Source: Pseudomonas aeruginosa (GTDB taxonomy: Bacteria; Pseudomonadota; Gammaproteobacteria; Pseudomonadales; Pseudomonadaceae). From it: a stretch of 32,000 nucleotides of DNA. The DNA lies in NCBI RefSeq assembly GCF_001457615.1, contig NZ_LN831024.1, forward strand, positions 4,890,001-4,922,000. The letters run 5' to 3'. Within the stretch, counting starts at the first letter, position 1. The number at the start of each line of letters is the position of its first letter. The translations under genes were made by a program, and so were the position numbers. Of the stretch, positions 16,605-24,964 are shown piece by piece. A model generated the notes under the pieces. That model saw only the letters and a program-made list of their open reading frames with translations, searched no databases and was not told where the DNA came from.

Positions 16605-18089
16605 CTAGTCGATGCCCCCTGGAGCCTCGAGCATCGCCGGCGGACGGCGGCTGACCCAACGGGTCAGGCCCTCGTGGGCATGGGCCAGTTGCAGCACCGC
16701 CAGGTCGGCCTGCGCCGGGCCGATTATCTGCAATCCCATCGGCAGGCCCGCCGCGCCGAAGCCGATCGGTACGCTGATCGCCGGCAAACCGGCCAGGGTC
16801 GGGCCGATCACCACCTCCATCCAGCGGTGATAGGTGTCCATCGGCCGCCCGGCGACCTGCCGCGGCCACGCCGTTTCTGCATCGAAAGGAAACACCTGGG
16901 CGCTGGGCAGCAAGAGGAAATCGTAACGTTCGAACAGACGCGCCAGCGCCCGATACCAGTCGCTGCGATCCAGCGAGGCGCGATAGACCTCGGTGGCGCC
17001 GAGGCCGAGCCCGGACTCCACTTCCCACTGCGCCTCCGGCTTGAGCCGGACGCGCCGTGCGGGATCGGCGTAAAGCTCGCCAAGCGAGCCCTGCACCAGC
17101 CACTGGCGATGGACCAGCCAGGTGCGCCACAGGCGCTCCAGGGGATAGTCCGGCAGGCACGCCTCGACGTCGCAGCCCAGCTCGGCGAAATCGCCCAGCG
17201 CGGCTTCGCAAAGCTCCAGCACGCCCTCCTCCATCGGCAGGTAGCCGGCGTAGTCGCCGAGCCAGCCGAGCCGGGCTCCGCGGAAATCGCGCCCGAGGTC
17301 GTCGGCGAACCTGCGCGGATCGTCGCGCAACGACAGCGGACAGCGCGGATCGTAGCCGGCCTGGGTGGCCAGCAGCCGGGCCAGGTCCGCCACGCTGCGC
17401 CCCATCGGGCCTTCGGTGGCCAGTTGCTGGACGAACAGTTCCGCTTGCGGGCCGTGCGGCACCCGTCCCTGGGACGGGCGGAAGCCGTAGACGTTGTTGT
17501 AGGCGGCGGGGTTGCGCAGCGAACCCATCATGTCGCTGCCGTCGGCCACCGGCAGCATGCGCAGCGCCAGCGCCACCGCCGCCCCACCGCTGCTGCCGCC
17601 GGCGATCCGCGCCGGATCGTAGGCATTGCGGGTGGTGCCGAACAGCGGGTTGTAGGTCTGCGAGCCGAGCCCGAACTCCGGTACGTTGGTCTTGCCGATG
17701 ACGATCGCACCGCTGCTCTTCACCCGCTCGACGACGATGGCGTCGTGCTCCGGCACCTGCCCGGCGAACAGCGGCGAACCCAGGGTGGTAGGAATGCCGG
17801 AGGTGGCGGCGAGGTCCTTGATCGCCTGCGGCATGCCGTGCATCCAGCCCAGCCATTCGCCGCGCGCCAGTTGCCGGTCGCGCTCGTCGGCCTGGGCGAG
17901 CAGGCGGCTTTCCGCCTGCAGCGAGACGATGGCGTTGACCCGCGGGTTGAACCGTTCGATCTGCGCCAGGTAGGCCTGCATGACCTCGCGGCAGGACAGT
18001 TCGCGTCGGCGGATCGCCGCGGACAGCGGCAGCGCGTCAAGCGCGACGATTTCCTCGTGGCCGTCGCTTCGATGGCGGGTGGCGCTCAT
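16605..18089 (-). CDS. Amidase-signature (AS) family amidase (494 aa)
   Basis: GGSSGGAAVALA signature and the conserved Lys and Ser context (AIKDL, GSLRNPA). The ATG at 18089 directly abuts the TGA of the upstream MFS gene (TGAATG). Confidence 0.9.
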   Translation of the reverse strand: MSATRHRSDGHEEIVALDALPLSAAIRRRELSCREVMQAYLAQIERFNPRVNAIVSLQAESRLLAQADERDRQLARGEWLGWMHGMPQAIKDLAATSGIPTTLGSPLFAGQVPEHDAIVVERVKSSGAIVIGKTNVPEFGLGSQTYNPLFGTTRNAYDPARIAGGSSGGAAVALALRMLPVADGSDMMGSLRNPAAYNNVYGFRPSQGRVPHGPQAELFVQQLATEGPMGRSVADLARLLATQAGYDPRCPLSLRDDPRRFADDLGRDFRGARLGWLGDYAGYLPMEEGVLELCEAALGDFAELGCDVEACLPDYPLERLWRTWLVHRQWLVQGSLGELYADPARRVRLKPEAQWEVESGLGLGATEVYRASLDRSDWYRALARLFERYDFLLLPSAQVFPFDAETAWPRQVAGRPMDTYHRWMEVVIGPTLAGLPAISVPIGFGAAGLPMGLQIIGPAQADLAVLQLAHAHEGLTRWVSRRPPAMLEAPGGID

Positions 18090-19409
18090 TCACAGACTCC
18101 TTGCCGGCTTGCCCAGGGCCGGTTCACGGGGGCGCGGGGCGGGCGTCGCGCCCTCCCGCAGATAGAGGGTGGCGAGCAGCCCGAGGAAGGCCGCGCCGAG
18201 CACGTAGAACGCCGGCGCCACTGGCGAGCCGCCGACCTCGGTGAGCCAGGTGACGATGAACGGAGCGAAACCGCCGAACAGCATCACCGCCAGGTTATAC
18301 GCCACCGCCAGGCCGGTGGAACGCACCCGCACCGGAAACTGCTCGGCCACCGCGGTCGGCGCCGGGCCGAAGAAGCCGCCGATCGCCGTGCACAGCAACA
18401 GTTGCATCAGCAGCAGGCGCCCCAGGCTCGGCGCCGCGGCGACCCAGGCGAACAGCGGATAGACCATGAGCATGAAGGCCAGGGTCGCGACCAGCAGCAC
18501 CGGGCGCCGCCCGACCCGGTCGGAGAGTCCCCCAGCCAACGGGATCACCAGGGTCATCAGCGCCACCGCAGCCATCTGCACCATGAACACCTCGTCCAGC
18601 GGCAGGCCCAACTGCTTGTGGGCGAAGGTCGGCATATTCACCAGCACCACGTAGAAGGACACCGTGCCGATCACCGTCAGGCCCATGCTCACCAGCACGC
18701 TGCGCCGGTATTCGCGCAGCACGCCGAGCAGCCCCTGGCGCTCGCCGGGCTCCCGGATGGCTTCGAGGAAGGCCTCGGTCTCGCCCATGTAGCGGCGGAT
18801 CCACAATCCCACCGGACCGATCAGCAGACCGAACAGGAACGGCACCCGCCAGCCCCAGCTCTCCAGGGCCTCGGCGTCCAGGCAATGGGTGACCAGCGCG
18901 CCCATCCCCGCACCGGCGAACACCGCCAGGCACTGGCCGAACAATTGCCAGGAACCGTAGAGACCGCGCCGGTGCGGCGGCGCGCTTTCCACCAGGAAAG
19001 CCGTGGCGCTGGCGTACTCGCCGCCGGTGGCGAAACCCTGCAGCATTCGCGCGATCACGATCAGCAACGGTGCGCCGACGCCGATCGCCGCGTAGGTCGG
19101 GGCGAAGGCGATCATCGCGATGGACAGCGTCATCAGCAGGATGATCAGTTGCATCGCCGCCTTGCGTCCCCTGCGGTCGGCATACAGGCCGAGCAGGACC
19201 CCACCGACCGGACGCATGAAGAAACCGACACCGAAGGTGGCCAGGGCCATCAACAGCGAGGTGTACTCGTCGCCGGAAGGGAAGAACAGCCTGGCGATCA
19301 GGCTGGAAAGGAAGCCGTAGACGATGAAGTCGTACCACTCCAGGGCGTTGCCGATCACGGCAGCCGCCACCTGGCGGGTACGCGAGGTACCGCTCGGGCA
19401 AGCGTGCAT
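18090..19409 (-). CDS. MFS transporter, metabolite:H+ symporter (MHS) type (439 aa)
   Basis: 12 TM pattern. The N-terminus NALEWYDFIVYGFLSSLIARLFFP is typical of KgtP/ProP/ShiA-like MHS carriers. AGGAG RBS 7 nt upstream of the ATG at 19409. Confidence 0.9.
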   Translation of the reverse strand: MHACPSGTSRTRQVAAAVIGNALEWYDFIVYGFLSSLIARLFFPSGDEYTSLLMALATFGVGFFMRPVGGVLLGLYADRRGRKAAMQLIILLMTLSIAMIAFAPTYAAIGVGAPLLIVIARMLQGFATGGEYASATAFLVESAPPHRRGLYGSWQLFGQCLAVFAGAGMGALVTHCLDAEALESWGWRVPFLFGLLIGPVGLWIRRYMGETEAFLEAIREPGERQGLLGVLREYRRSVLVSMGLTVIGTVSFYVVLVNMPTFAHKQLGLPLDEVFMVQMAAVALMTLVIPLAGGLSDRVGRRPVLLVATLAFMLMVYPLFAWVAAAPSLGRLLLMQLLLCTAIGGFFGPAPTAVAEQFPVRVRSTGLAVAYNLAVMLFGGFAPFIVTWLTEVGGSPVAPAFYVLGAAFLGLLATLYLREGATPAPRPREPALGKPARSL

Positions 19410-19436
19410 GGGAATCTCCTGGTAACCGGGGAATGC

Positions 19437-19458
19437 CGGCGCGGCTCAGGCCGCGCCG
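19437..19458 (-). other. Intercistronic GC-rich stem-loop between the amidohydrolase and MFS genes
   Basis: CGGCGCGGC-tcag-GCCGCGCCG: a 9-bp perfect stem with a 4-nt loop and no U-tract. Confidence 0.4.
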
Positions 19459-19471
19459 TTATTGGCGGCAG

Positions 19472-20665
19472 TCAGTCGAAGGCCGGACGCCGCGGGGCGG
19501 CCAGCCAGGTCTCGGCGAGCGCGCCCCAATAGGCCGCGCCCCGGACCAGGATGTCGTCGTTGAAGTCATAGGCCGGGTTGTGCACCATCGGCCGTCCTCT
19601 GCCGTTGCCGATGAACAGGTAGCTGCCGGGGCAGCGCTGTAGCATCCAGGCGAAGTCCTCGCTGCCCATCAGCTTCGGCGTGTCGCCGTCGACCTGCTCC
19701 GCGCCGGCCAGCTCGACCCCGACCTGGCGGGCGAACTCGGTTTCCTCGACGCTGTTGACCAGCACCGGATAGGCCGGGTAGTGCTCGATGCTGGCCTGGC
19801 ACCCATAGCTGGCGGCCTGCAACTCGATGATCTGGCGAACCCGCTGCAGCACCTGCTCGCGCACCTGGCCGTCGAGCGCCCGCAGGCTCAGGCGCAGCAC
19901 GGCGCGCTGGGGTATGACGTTGGCCGCCTCGCCGGCCTGCAATGCGCCGACCGTGACCACCGCGGCCTTCTGCGGATCGACGTTGCGCGCCACCACGCTC
20001 TGCAGGGCCATCACCGCGCTCGACGCGGCGAGCAACGGATCGACGCTCAGGTGCGGCATCGAACCGTGTCCACCGACGCCCTCCAGGGTGACGCTCAGCA
20101 GGTCCTGGGAAGCCATCATCGGTCCCGCGCGGAAGCCCAGGTGCCCGGCCTCCAGTCCCGGCATGTTGTGCATGCCGAACAGCGCATCGCAGGGAAAGCG
20201 CTCCAGCAGCCCGTCGGCGAGCATCGCCTCGGCGCCGCCCTGGCCTTCCTCGGCGGGCTGGAAGATCAGTACCAGGGTGCCGTCGAAACGCCGCGTCGCC
20301 GCCAGGTAGCGTGCCGCGCCGAGCAGCATCGCGGTGTGTCCGTCGTGGCCGCAGGCGTGCATGCGCCCGCCGTGGCAGCTGCTGTAGCCGAGCCCCGTGG
20401 CCTCGACGATCGGCAGCGCATCCATGTCCGCCCGCAGGCCGAGCCGCCGCGTACCGTCGCCCTGGCGGAGGACGCCGACCACGCCGGTGCGGCCGATCCC
20501 TTCGTGCACTTCGTAGCCCCAGCCGCGCAGGCATTCGGCGACCAGCGCGGCGGTGCGTCGCTCCTCGAAGCCCAGTTCGGGATGGGCGTGGATGTCCTGG
20601 CGCAGGCTACGCAGGTCGTCGGCGACCTCCTCGAGCCAGGCCACGATGTGTCGATGTCGAGCCAT
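19472..20665 (-). CDS. M20D-family amidohydrolase (hippurate hydrolase / N-acyl-amino-acid amidohydrolase-like, 397 aa)
   Basis: MHACGHDGH metal-binding motif and the FQPAEEG catalytic Glu-Glu region. ATG at 20665 with a GAGGAGAG RBS. Confidence 0.9.
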   Translation of the reverse strand: MARHRHIVAWLEEVADDLRSLRQDIHAHPELGFEERRTAALVAECLRGWGYEVHEGIGRTGVVGVLRQGDGTRRLGLRADMDALPIVEATGLGYSSCHGGRMHACGHDGHTAMLLGAARYLAATRRFDGTLVLIFQPAEEGQGGAEAMLADGLLERFPCDALFGMHNMPGLEAGHLGFRAGPMMASQDLLSVTLEGVGGHGSMPHLSVDPLLAASSAVMALQSVVARNVDPQKAAVVTVGALQAGEAANVIPQRAVLRLSLRALDGQVREQVLQRVRQIIELQAASYGCQASIEHYPAYPVLVNSVEETEFARQVGVELAGAEQVDGDTPKLMGSEDFAWMLQRCPGSYLFIGNGRGRPMVHNPAYDFNDDILVRGAAYWGALAETWLAAPRRPAFD

Positions 20666-20781
20666 GCCGTCTCTCCTCTGGCCGGATTGCGCTCCGGTCT
20701 TGTTGGCGGGAGGCCCGGACGCAAGGCCGGCCGGGCGTGGTCACAGCTAAGCGCGGCACGCGGCGAAGGACAACGGAAGGC

Positions 20782-20800
20782 GGTTCCACTGGGTGGAACC
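20782..20800. promoter_or_regulatory. 19-bp perfect palindrome GGTTCCAC-TGG-GTGGAACC (candidate operator, or a terminator stem for the upstream YceI-like gene)
   Basis: The 8-bp arms are exactly complementary. It lies 117-135 bp upstream of the amidohydrolase ATG and 30 bp downstream of the stop of the 20830..21420 gene. The TTCCAC/GTGGAA arms are reminiscent of IclR-type half-sites. Confidence 0.3.
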
Positions 20801-20829
20801 CAAGGCCCGCGCCGCCCTCCGCCGGTACG

Positions 20830-21420
20830 TCAGAACTGTTCCGGCGGCACTTCGCGGAAGTTCAGCACGGCGAACACCGGTACCTCGGGAGTGATCGAGG
20901 GAATATTGGCCATCTCCTTCAAGGGCTTGAGCTTCTCTTCCAGGTCGAAGTCGAGCAGCTTCAGCAGCACCGGCTCCAGGGTCGCCACCTGGACCAGCCC
21001 TTCGCCCTGGCGGGTGACCAGCACGTCGGCCTTCAGGCGGCGCTGCTGGCCGTGCAGGTCGAGGGTGAAGTCGAGCTTCTCGACCCGCGACTGGCCGACC
21101 CGCAGGTCGTCGAAGCCGGCCATGTCCAGGCGGCTCTCCACGGTGGCCTCGGGGAAGCGCGAGGTTTCGAAGAAGTTGTCCTTCATTCGCTCGTCGCGCA
21201 GGGCCAGGCCGCTGTCCAGGGTGCCCAGCGGCACCACGATGCGCGCGACGCCCTGCTTGTCGATCTGGCCGCTGAGACGATCGAAGCGCTGCACCTCGGC
21301 CATCTTCGCGCGTTTCACGGAAACGAAGCTGATCCGCGAGTAATCCGGCTCCAGTTGCCATTCCGCCGCCGACAGCAGAGGGCTGAGGAGCAACAACAGG
21401 ACACACAATACAACAGGCAT
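20830..21420 (-). CDS. YceI-like secreted protein, paralog of 15098..15670 (196 aa)
   Basis: Signal peptide MPVVLCVLLLLLSPLLSA and a GGAGGTGGA RBS. It shares blocks with the other YceI-like protein (LRDERMKDNFFETSRFPEA vs LRDERIREHLFETKRFAEA; DVLVTR vs DLLVTR). Confidence 0.8.
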   Translation of the reverse strand: MPVVLCVLLLLLSPLLSAAEWQLEPDYSRISFVSVKRAKMAEVQRFDRLSGQIDKQGVARIVVPLGTLDSGLALRDERMKDNFFETSRFPEATVESRLDMAGFDDLRVGQSRVEKLDFTLDLHGQQRRLKADVLVTRQGEGLVQVATLEPVLLKLLDFDLEEKLKPLKEMANIPSITPEVPVFAVLNFREVPPEQF

Positions 21421-21480
21421 TCCACCTCCGGCTTCGGGCCGGCGCCGTCCCTCGCCCCGCGCCCCGACATGCGCCGCCGG

Positions 21481-21816
21481 TCAGTCCGGCAGCCTGTCCG
21501 CCTCGGGCATGAGCCGGCATCCCTCGCGCGGGCCCAGCCAGGCGGCCGTCTGCGTACTGCCGAAGCCGCGGGCGGTCACCCGGCGGCGGGCTTCGTCGTC
21601 GAAGAAGCCGCTGATCGGCACGTACTGTTGGGTATAGGCCCGGCAATAGTCCGCGGAGTTCCCCATCACGTAGCGGCAGGAGCAGTACTCCTTGGCCGTG
21701 TAGGCGCCGATGATGGCGGGAAAGGCCGCCAGGTGGATGCGGTTCTGCCAGGCCCACGCGAGGGCAGCGAGCAGCCCCAGGACGAACAGGAAGAGCAAGG
21801 GATGGCGACGGATCAT
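21481..21816 (-). CDS. Small membrane-anchored Cys-rich hypothetical protein (111 aa)
   Basis: The ATG at 21816 overlaps the upstream gene's TGA (ATGA). There is one N-terminal TM (LLFLFVLGLLAALAWAW) and five Cys residues (CSC...C...C). I recognise no family. Confidence 0.6.
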   Translation of the reverse strand: MIRRHPLLFLFVLGLLAALAWAWQNRIHLAAFPAIIGAYTAKEYCSCRYVMGNSADYCRAYTQQYVPISGFFDDEARRRVTARGFGSTQTAAWLGPREGCRLMPEADRLPD

Positions 21817-22928
21817 GGCCGCGCCTCCCCGGCGAACGCCGCCTGTGCCAGGCGCAGGAATTCGTTGTGGCGGAAACGCCCGTCGCGGTCGTCGGCGTAG
21901 CGCACGATCACCAGCTTCTCCTCGGGCAGCACGTAGAGCGCCTGGCCCCAGTGGCCGAGCGCGGCGAAGGCGGTCTCGGCGACGTCCGGCCAGGGCGCCG
22001 GCGCGCCTTTCACCGCACGGTTCAACCACCACTGGCCGCCCGGCACCGCCTCGCCCTCCTCTTCCGCGCTCGGCCGGTAGCGGGCGAAGGGCGTCAGGTT
22101 GAACTCGACCCATGCCAGCGGCAGCAGTTGCCGCTCGCGCCAGCGCCCGTGGCGCTGCATCAGCAGGCCGACGCGCGCCAGGTCGCGGGCGCTCATGTAG
22201 ACGTACGACGAGCCGACGAACGTGCCGGCGGCGTCTCGCTCCCATACCGCCGAACGGATGCCCAGCGGCTCGAACAGCGCGCGCCAGGGGTACTCGGCAT
22301 AGTCCGCGCCGAGCATGCCGTGGAGGGCCGCCGCCAGCACGTTGCTGTCGCCGCTGGAGTAGCGGAAACGCCGGCCCGGCGGCCGGGCCTGCGGGGTTTC
22401 GGCGACGAAGCCGGCCATGTCGTCACGCCCACGGGTGTAGAGCATCGCCACCACGGAGGATTTCAATGGCGCGAACTCGTAGTCCTCCTGCCAGTCCAGC
22501 CCGGAAGACCAGTTCAGCAGGTGGCGCAACGTCACCTCGGGATGACGGGCGAACGGCGGGTAGTAGCGCGCCACCGGGTCGTCGAGCTGGAAGCGCCCTT
22601 CGCCCTCGGCGACGCCAAGCAGCGTGGCGAGCAGGCTCTTGCTCACCGACCAGGTAAGGTGCGGGGTCTCTGCACGGCTCGGGCCGGCGTAGCGCTCATA
22701 GACCAGACGACCGTCGCGGATCACCACTACCGCGTCGGTGCGGATGCCTTTGCGACGAACATCGTCGCGACGACCGAAGGCATAGCGCTCGAATGCCTCC
22801 AGCGCCGGCCCCGCGGGCTGTTGGGCACGGGGCCAGTCGGTGTCGGGCCAGTCTTCGGCCAGGGCAGGGAGGGCGAATACCAGGGCCAGCGCGGCGAGGG
22901 CGCGGCGGGACAACGGCAAAGCGGGCAT
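21813..22928 (-). CDS. Secreted serine hydrolase of the class-C beta-lactamase / esterase fold (371 aa)
   Basis: ATG at 22928. Signal peptide MPALPLSRRALAALALVFALPALA. SxxK motif in TWSVSKSLLATLLG. The track start at 22967 adds 13 unsupported codons. Confidence 0.85.
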   Translation of the reverse strand: MPALPLSRRALAALALVFALPALAEDWPDTDWPRAQQPAGPALEAFERYAFGRRDDVRRKGIRTDAVVVIRDGRLVYERYAGPSRAETPHLTWSVSKSLLATLLGVAEGEGRFQLDDPVARYYPPFARHPEVTLRHLLNWSSGLDWQEDYEFAPLKSSVVAMLYTRGRDDMAGFVAETPQARPPGRRFRYSSGDSNVLAAALHGMLGADYAEYPWRALFEPLGIRSAVWERDAAGTFVGSSYVYMSARDLARVGLLMQRHGRWRERQLLPLAWVEFNLTPFARYRPSAEEEGEAVPGGQWWLNRAVKGAPAPWPDVAETAFAALGHWGQALYVLPEEKLVIVRYADDRDGRFRHNEFLRLAQAAFAGEARP

Positions 22929-22995
22929 CGGCGGGCCCTCTCGACGGTCGAGGGGCAACCCTAGCATGGCCTCGATGACGCCAGGAAGCGCGGAC

Positions 22996-23781
22996 TCAGC
23001 CTGGCATGCGGTAGTCGTCCGGGCCGAGCAGGTCGATGCCGCACTCGAGGTTCTCGATCCAGTAGAGGAAGGCGCTGATCATTTCCTTGCCGACGAAGGG
23101 CCGCCCGTGTTGCGGCACGATCATCTCCACATCCATGTCCCGGACCATCCGCGCCCACAGGCGGCAGATCTTGTTCGCCGCCATGTAGCGGCGATGGAAT
23201 CCGTCCATGTACTGGATATGCGCGGCGAAATCGCTGACCGGCGCCGCGTCGTCCACCAGCGAGGCGCCCATATCGCCCGAGAAAAGGATCTTGCTCACCG
23301 GGTCGTAGAGCTGGAAGTTGCCCACCGAATGCAGGAAATGCGCGGGGATCGCCTTCAACGAGCAGTCGCCGAGAGCGATCGCCTGGCCGCGGTCGGGCAA
23401 CGGCATGACCCGGTCGTAGGTGTTGATGCCATGGCTGACCGCCAGGTAGTTGGCCGTCAGGTGCGGCAGGAAGCGCGCCCACAGCTTGGAGCAGATCACC
23501 CGGGCGCGGGTGTGCAGCAGCCACTTGTCGAGGGCGGCGATGATGTCCGGGTCCTGGTGCGAAGCGAAGATGTAGTCCAGCTCCTGCAGCGGAAAGCGTT
23601 TCGACAATTCCAGCGAGAGCGGCGTGTAGGTCAGGTCGCCGCCGGGATCGAGCAGCAGGTACTGGCCGTTGTCGACGATCAGGAACTGGTTGGACTGGAC
23701 CCCTTCGCCGCTGACGAGGTCATCGAAACACAGGCACTGGTGGCTGCCGTTGTCGAACAGCACGATCGGTTCGCGTCGCAT
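22996..23781 (-). CDS. MBL-fold protein resembling the di-iron domain of flavodiiron (FprA-like) proteins (261 aa)
   Basis: FASHQDPDIIAAL sits at the position of the HxExDH/HxHxDH motif, but the fourth His is replaced. Further His/Asp ligand candidates are PAHFLHS, FSGDMG and VPQHG. Confidence 0.7.
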   Translation of the reverse strand: MRREPIVLFDNGSHQCLCFDDLVSGEGVQSNQFLIVDNGQYLLLDPGGDLTYTPLSLELSKRFPLQELDYIFASHQDPDIIAALDKWLLHTRARVICSKLWARFLPHLTANYLAVSHGINTYDRVMPLPDRGQAIALGDCSLKAIPAHFLHSVGNFQLYDPVSKILFSGDMGASLVDDAAPVSDFAAHIQYMDGFHRRYMAANKICRLWARMVRDMDVEMIVPQHGRPFVGKEMISAFLYWIENLECGIDLLGPDDYRMPG

Positions 23782-23865
23782 GGTCGGTGAAATCTACTCT
23801 GTGCAGGCGCCGAGGAGCATTCCTCGCCGGATGCTGCGCAGGGTAAGCGCCTGCGGCGCGGCGCC

Positions 23866-24762
23866 TCACTGACCTGGGTCAAGCCCGAGGCGGGTCAAGG
23901 CCTTCTCCAGGCGAACTTTGCGGGCCCCGTTGGCAATCGCCAGCAAGCCGCGATCGCGTTGCCACAATGCCTCCCAGGTCGAGGCGTTGGCGGCGAAGGC
24001 GGCATCCAGTTGCCCCTCCAGCGCCGAGAACTGTTCGAACAGCCCAGCCAGTACCGCCTGGGTGCCGACGCAGGCGACCGGATGCCGCGCGACCTCGGCG
24101 CAGCCGCCGAGGATGCCGGCCAGGCGCAGCAGCAGCGGCGAGGGCCAGCCGCATTCATGGCCGACCCCATAGAGCCAGCCGACCAGCGCCGCCAGCACAT
24201 GGACATCCTCCAGCAGGCGGAACGGCCTGACGTAGTCGTCCCAACCATCGCCGGGCAGGCGCTCGCAATGGGCACCGTCGAGCAACAGGCGGGAATGCGG
24301 CACATCCGGCATCAGCGGCAGCGCCGGCAACGCCTCCAGGCGCGCCCCCGGGGCGCCGGCCAGGACCACCGTCATCGACAGTCGCGGCGGCTGCCCCGGA
24401 GCCTCGTCGCGGGCGGCCACCAGCCACCAGGAGGCGCTGTCGCCAGCGGTGACGAAATCCTTTTGTCCATGCAGGACCAGCCCCTCCAGGCGGGTCTGCA
24501 GGTCCGCCGGGCGCACGCTGCGCTTCTCGGTCACGCACAGCGCGCCGAGACCTTCCGGCGCCGCCGGCCAGAGCGCGCGCAGGGCCGCCTGGTAGCCGGC
24601 GAGGAAGGCCAGGCCCGGACTCGCGGCCAATCGTCCGCCGAGCACCGCCCGCTCCAGGGTGCCAAGACCGTCGGCGCGCGCCAGGGCGGCGGCGTGCCAG
24701 TCTTCCAGGGAGCCTTCGGTGGGCAGGCGGTCGAGCGGGCCGAGCAAGCGTTGCCAGGACAT
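23866..24762 (-). CDS. Hypothetical protein with acyl-CoA dehydrogenase-like fold (298 aa)
   Basis: ATG at 24762 with a GGAG RBS 7 nt upstream. The middle region [24 protein letters not shown] resembles the ACAD beta-domain pattern (G.K.F.T.G..A....V.A). The functional call is tentative. Confidence 0.55.
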
Positions 24763-24847
24763 GGCGGACTCCAGTGTGGAATGTGTCGGAACCGGCATCC
24801 TGCCGAGGGTGCCAGCGTTGAACAACGGCGCGTTACATCCGGCGACA

Positions 24848-24903
24848 ATGTCATACAAGCATCACGCCCCTGTCACAGGGGTGACACCGCGCCTTCCTAG
24901 CCT
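24848..24903 (+). promoter_or_regulatory. Candidate PhoB-dependent promoter of olsBA: four 11-bp-phased Pho half-sites plus a -10
   Basis: ATGTCAT(24848)-acaa-GCATCAC(24859)-gccc-CTGTCAC(24870)-aggg-GTGACAC(24881), compared with the consensus CTGTCAT-N4-CTGTCAT. Exactly 10 nt after the last repeat comes TAGCCT (24898-24903). TGTCAC-AGGG-GTGACA is also a perfect palindrome. Confidence 0.55.
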
Positions 24904-24964
24904 GAGCTTGCACAACAAAGCCGAGCGGCCGCAACCCGCGGCGCCGGCCCAAGGAGGCCCAGGC

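Noticed and set aside
16593-19532. A very long ORF (979 aa, + strand). Similar long ORFs occur at 567..1841(-) upstream part, 2827..4389(-), 7803..9290(-), 9606..11258(+), 12342..14150(+), 19781..21343(+), 20311..21900(+) and 25690..27393(-).
   Set aside because: All lie antisense to, or out of frame with, genes that have clear family motifs, RBSs and sensible boundaries. Their translations are Arg/Ala/Gly/Pro/His-rich low-complexity strings with no recognisable domains. Long open frames like these are expected in very high-GC3 genomes because stop codons are rare on the complementary frames.
22935-22954. The imperfect hairpin CCCTCTCGAC-g-GTCGAGGGG between the MBL-fold and serine-hydrolase genes, which includes the hydrolase RBS.
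   Set aside because: The stem is short with a bulge or wobble and has no U-tract. GC-rich intergenic DNA of this genome yields many such stems, and I have no independent support for regulation.
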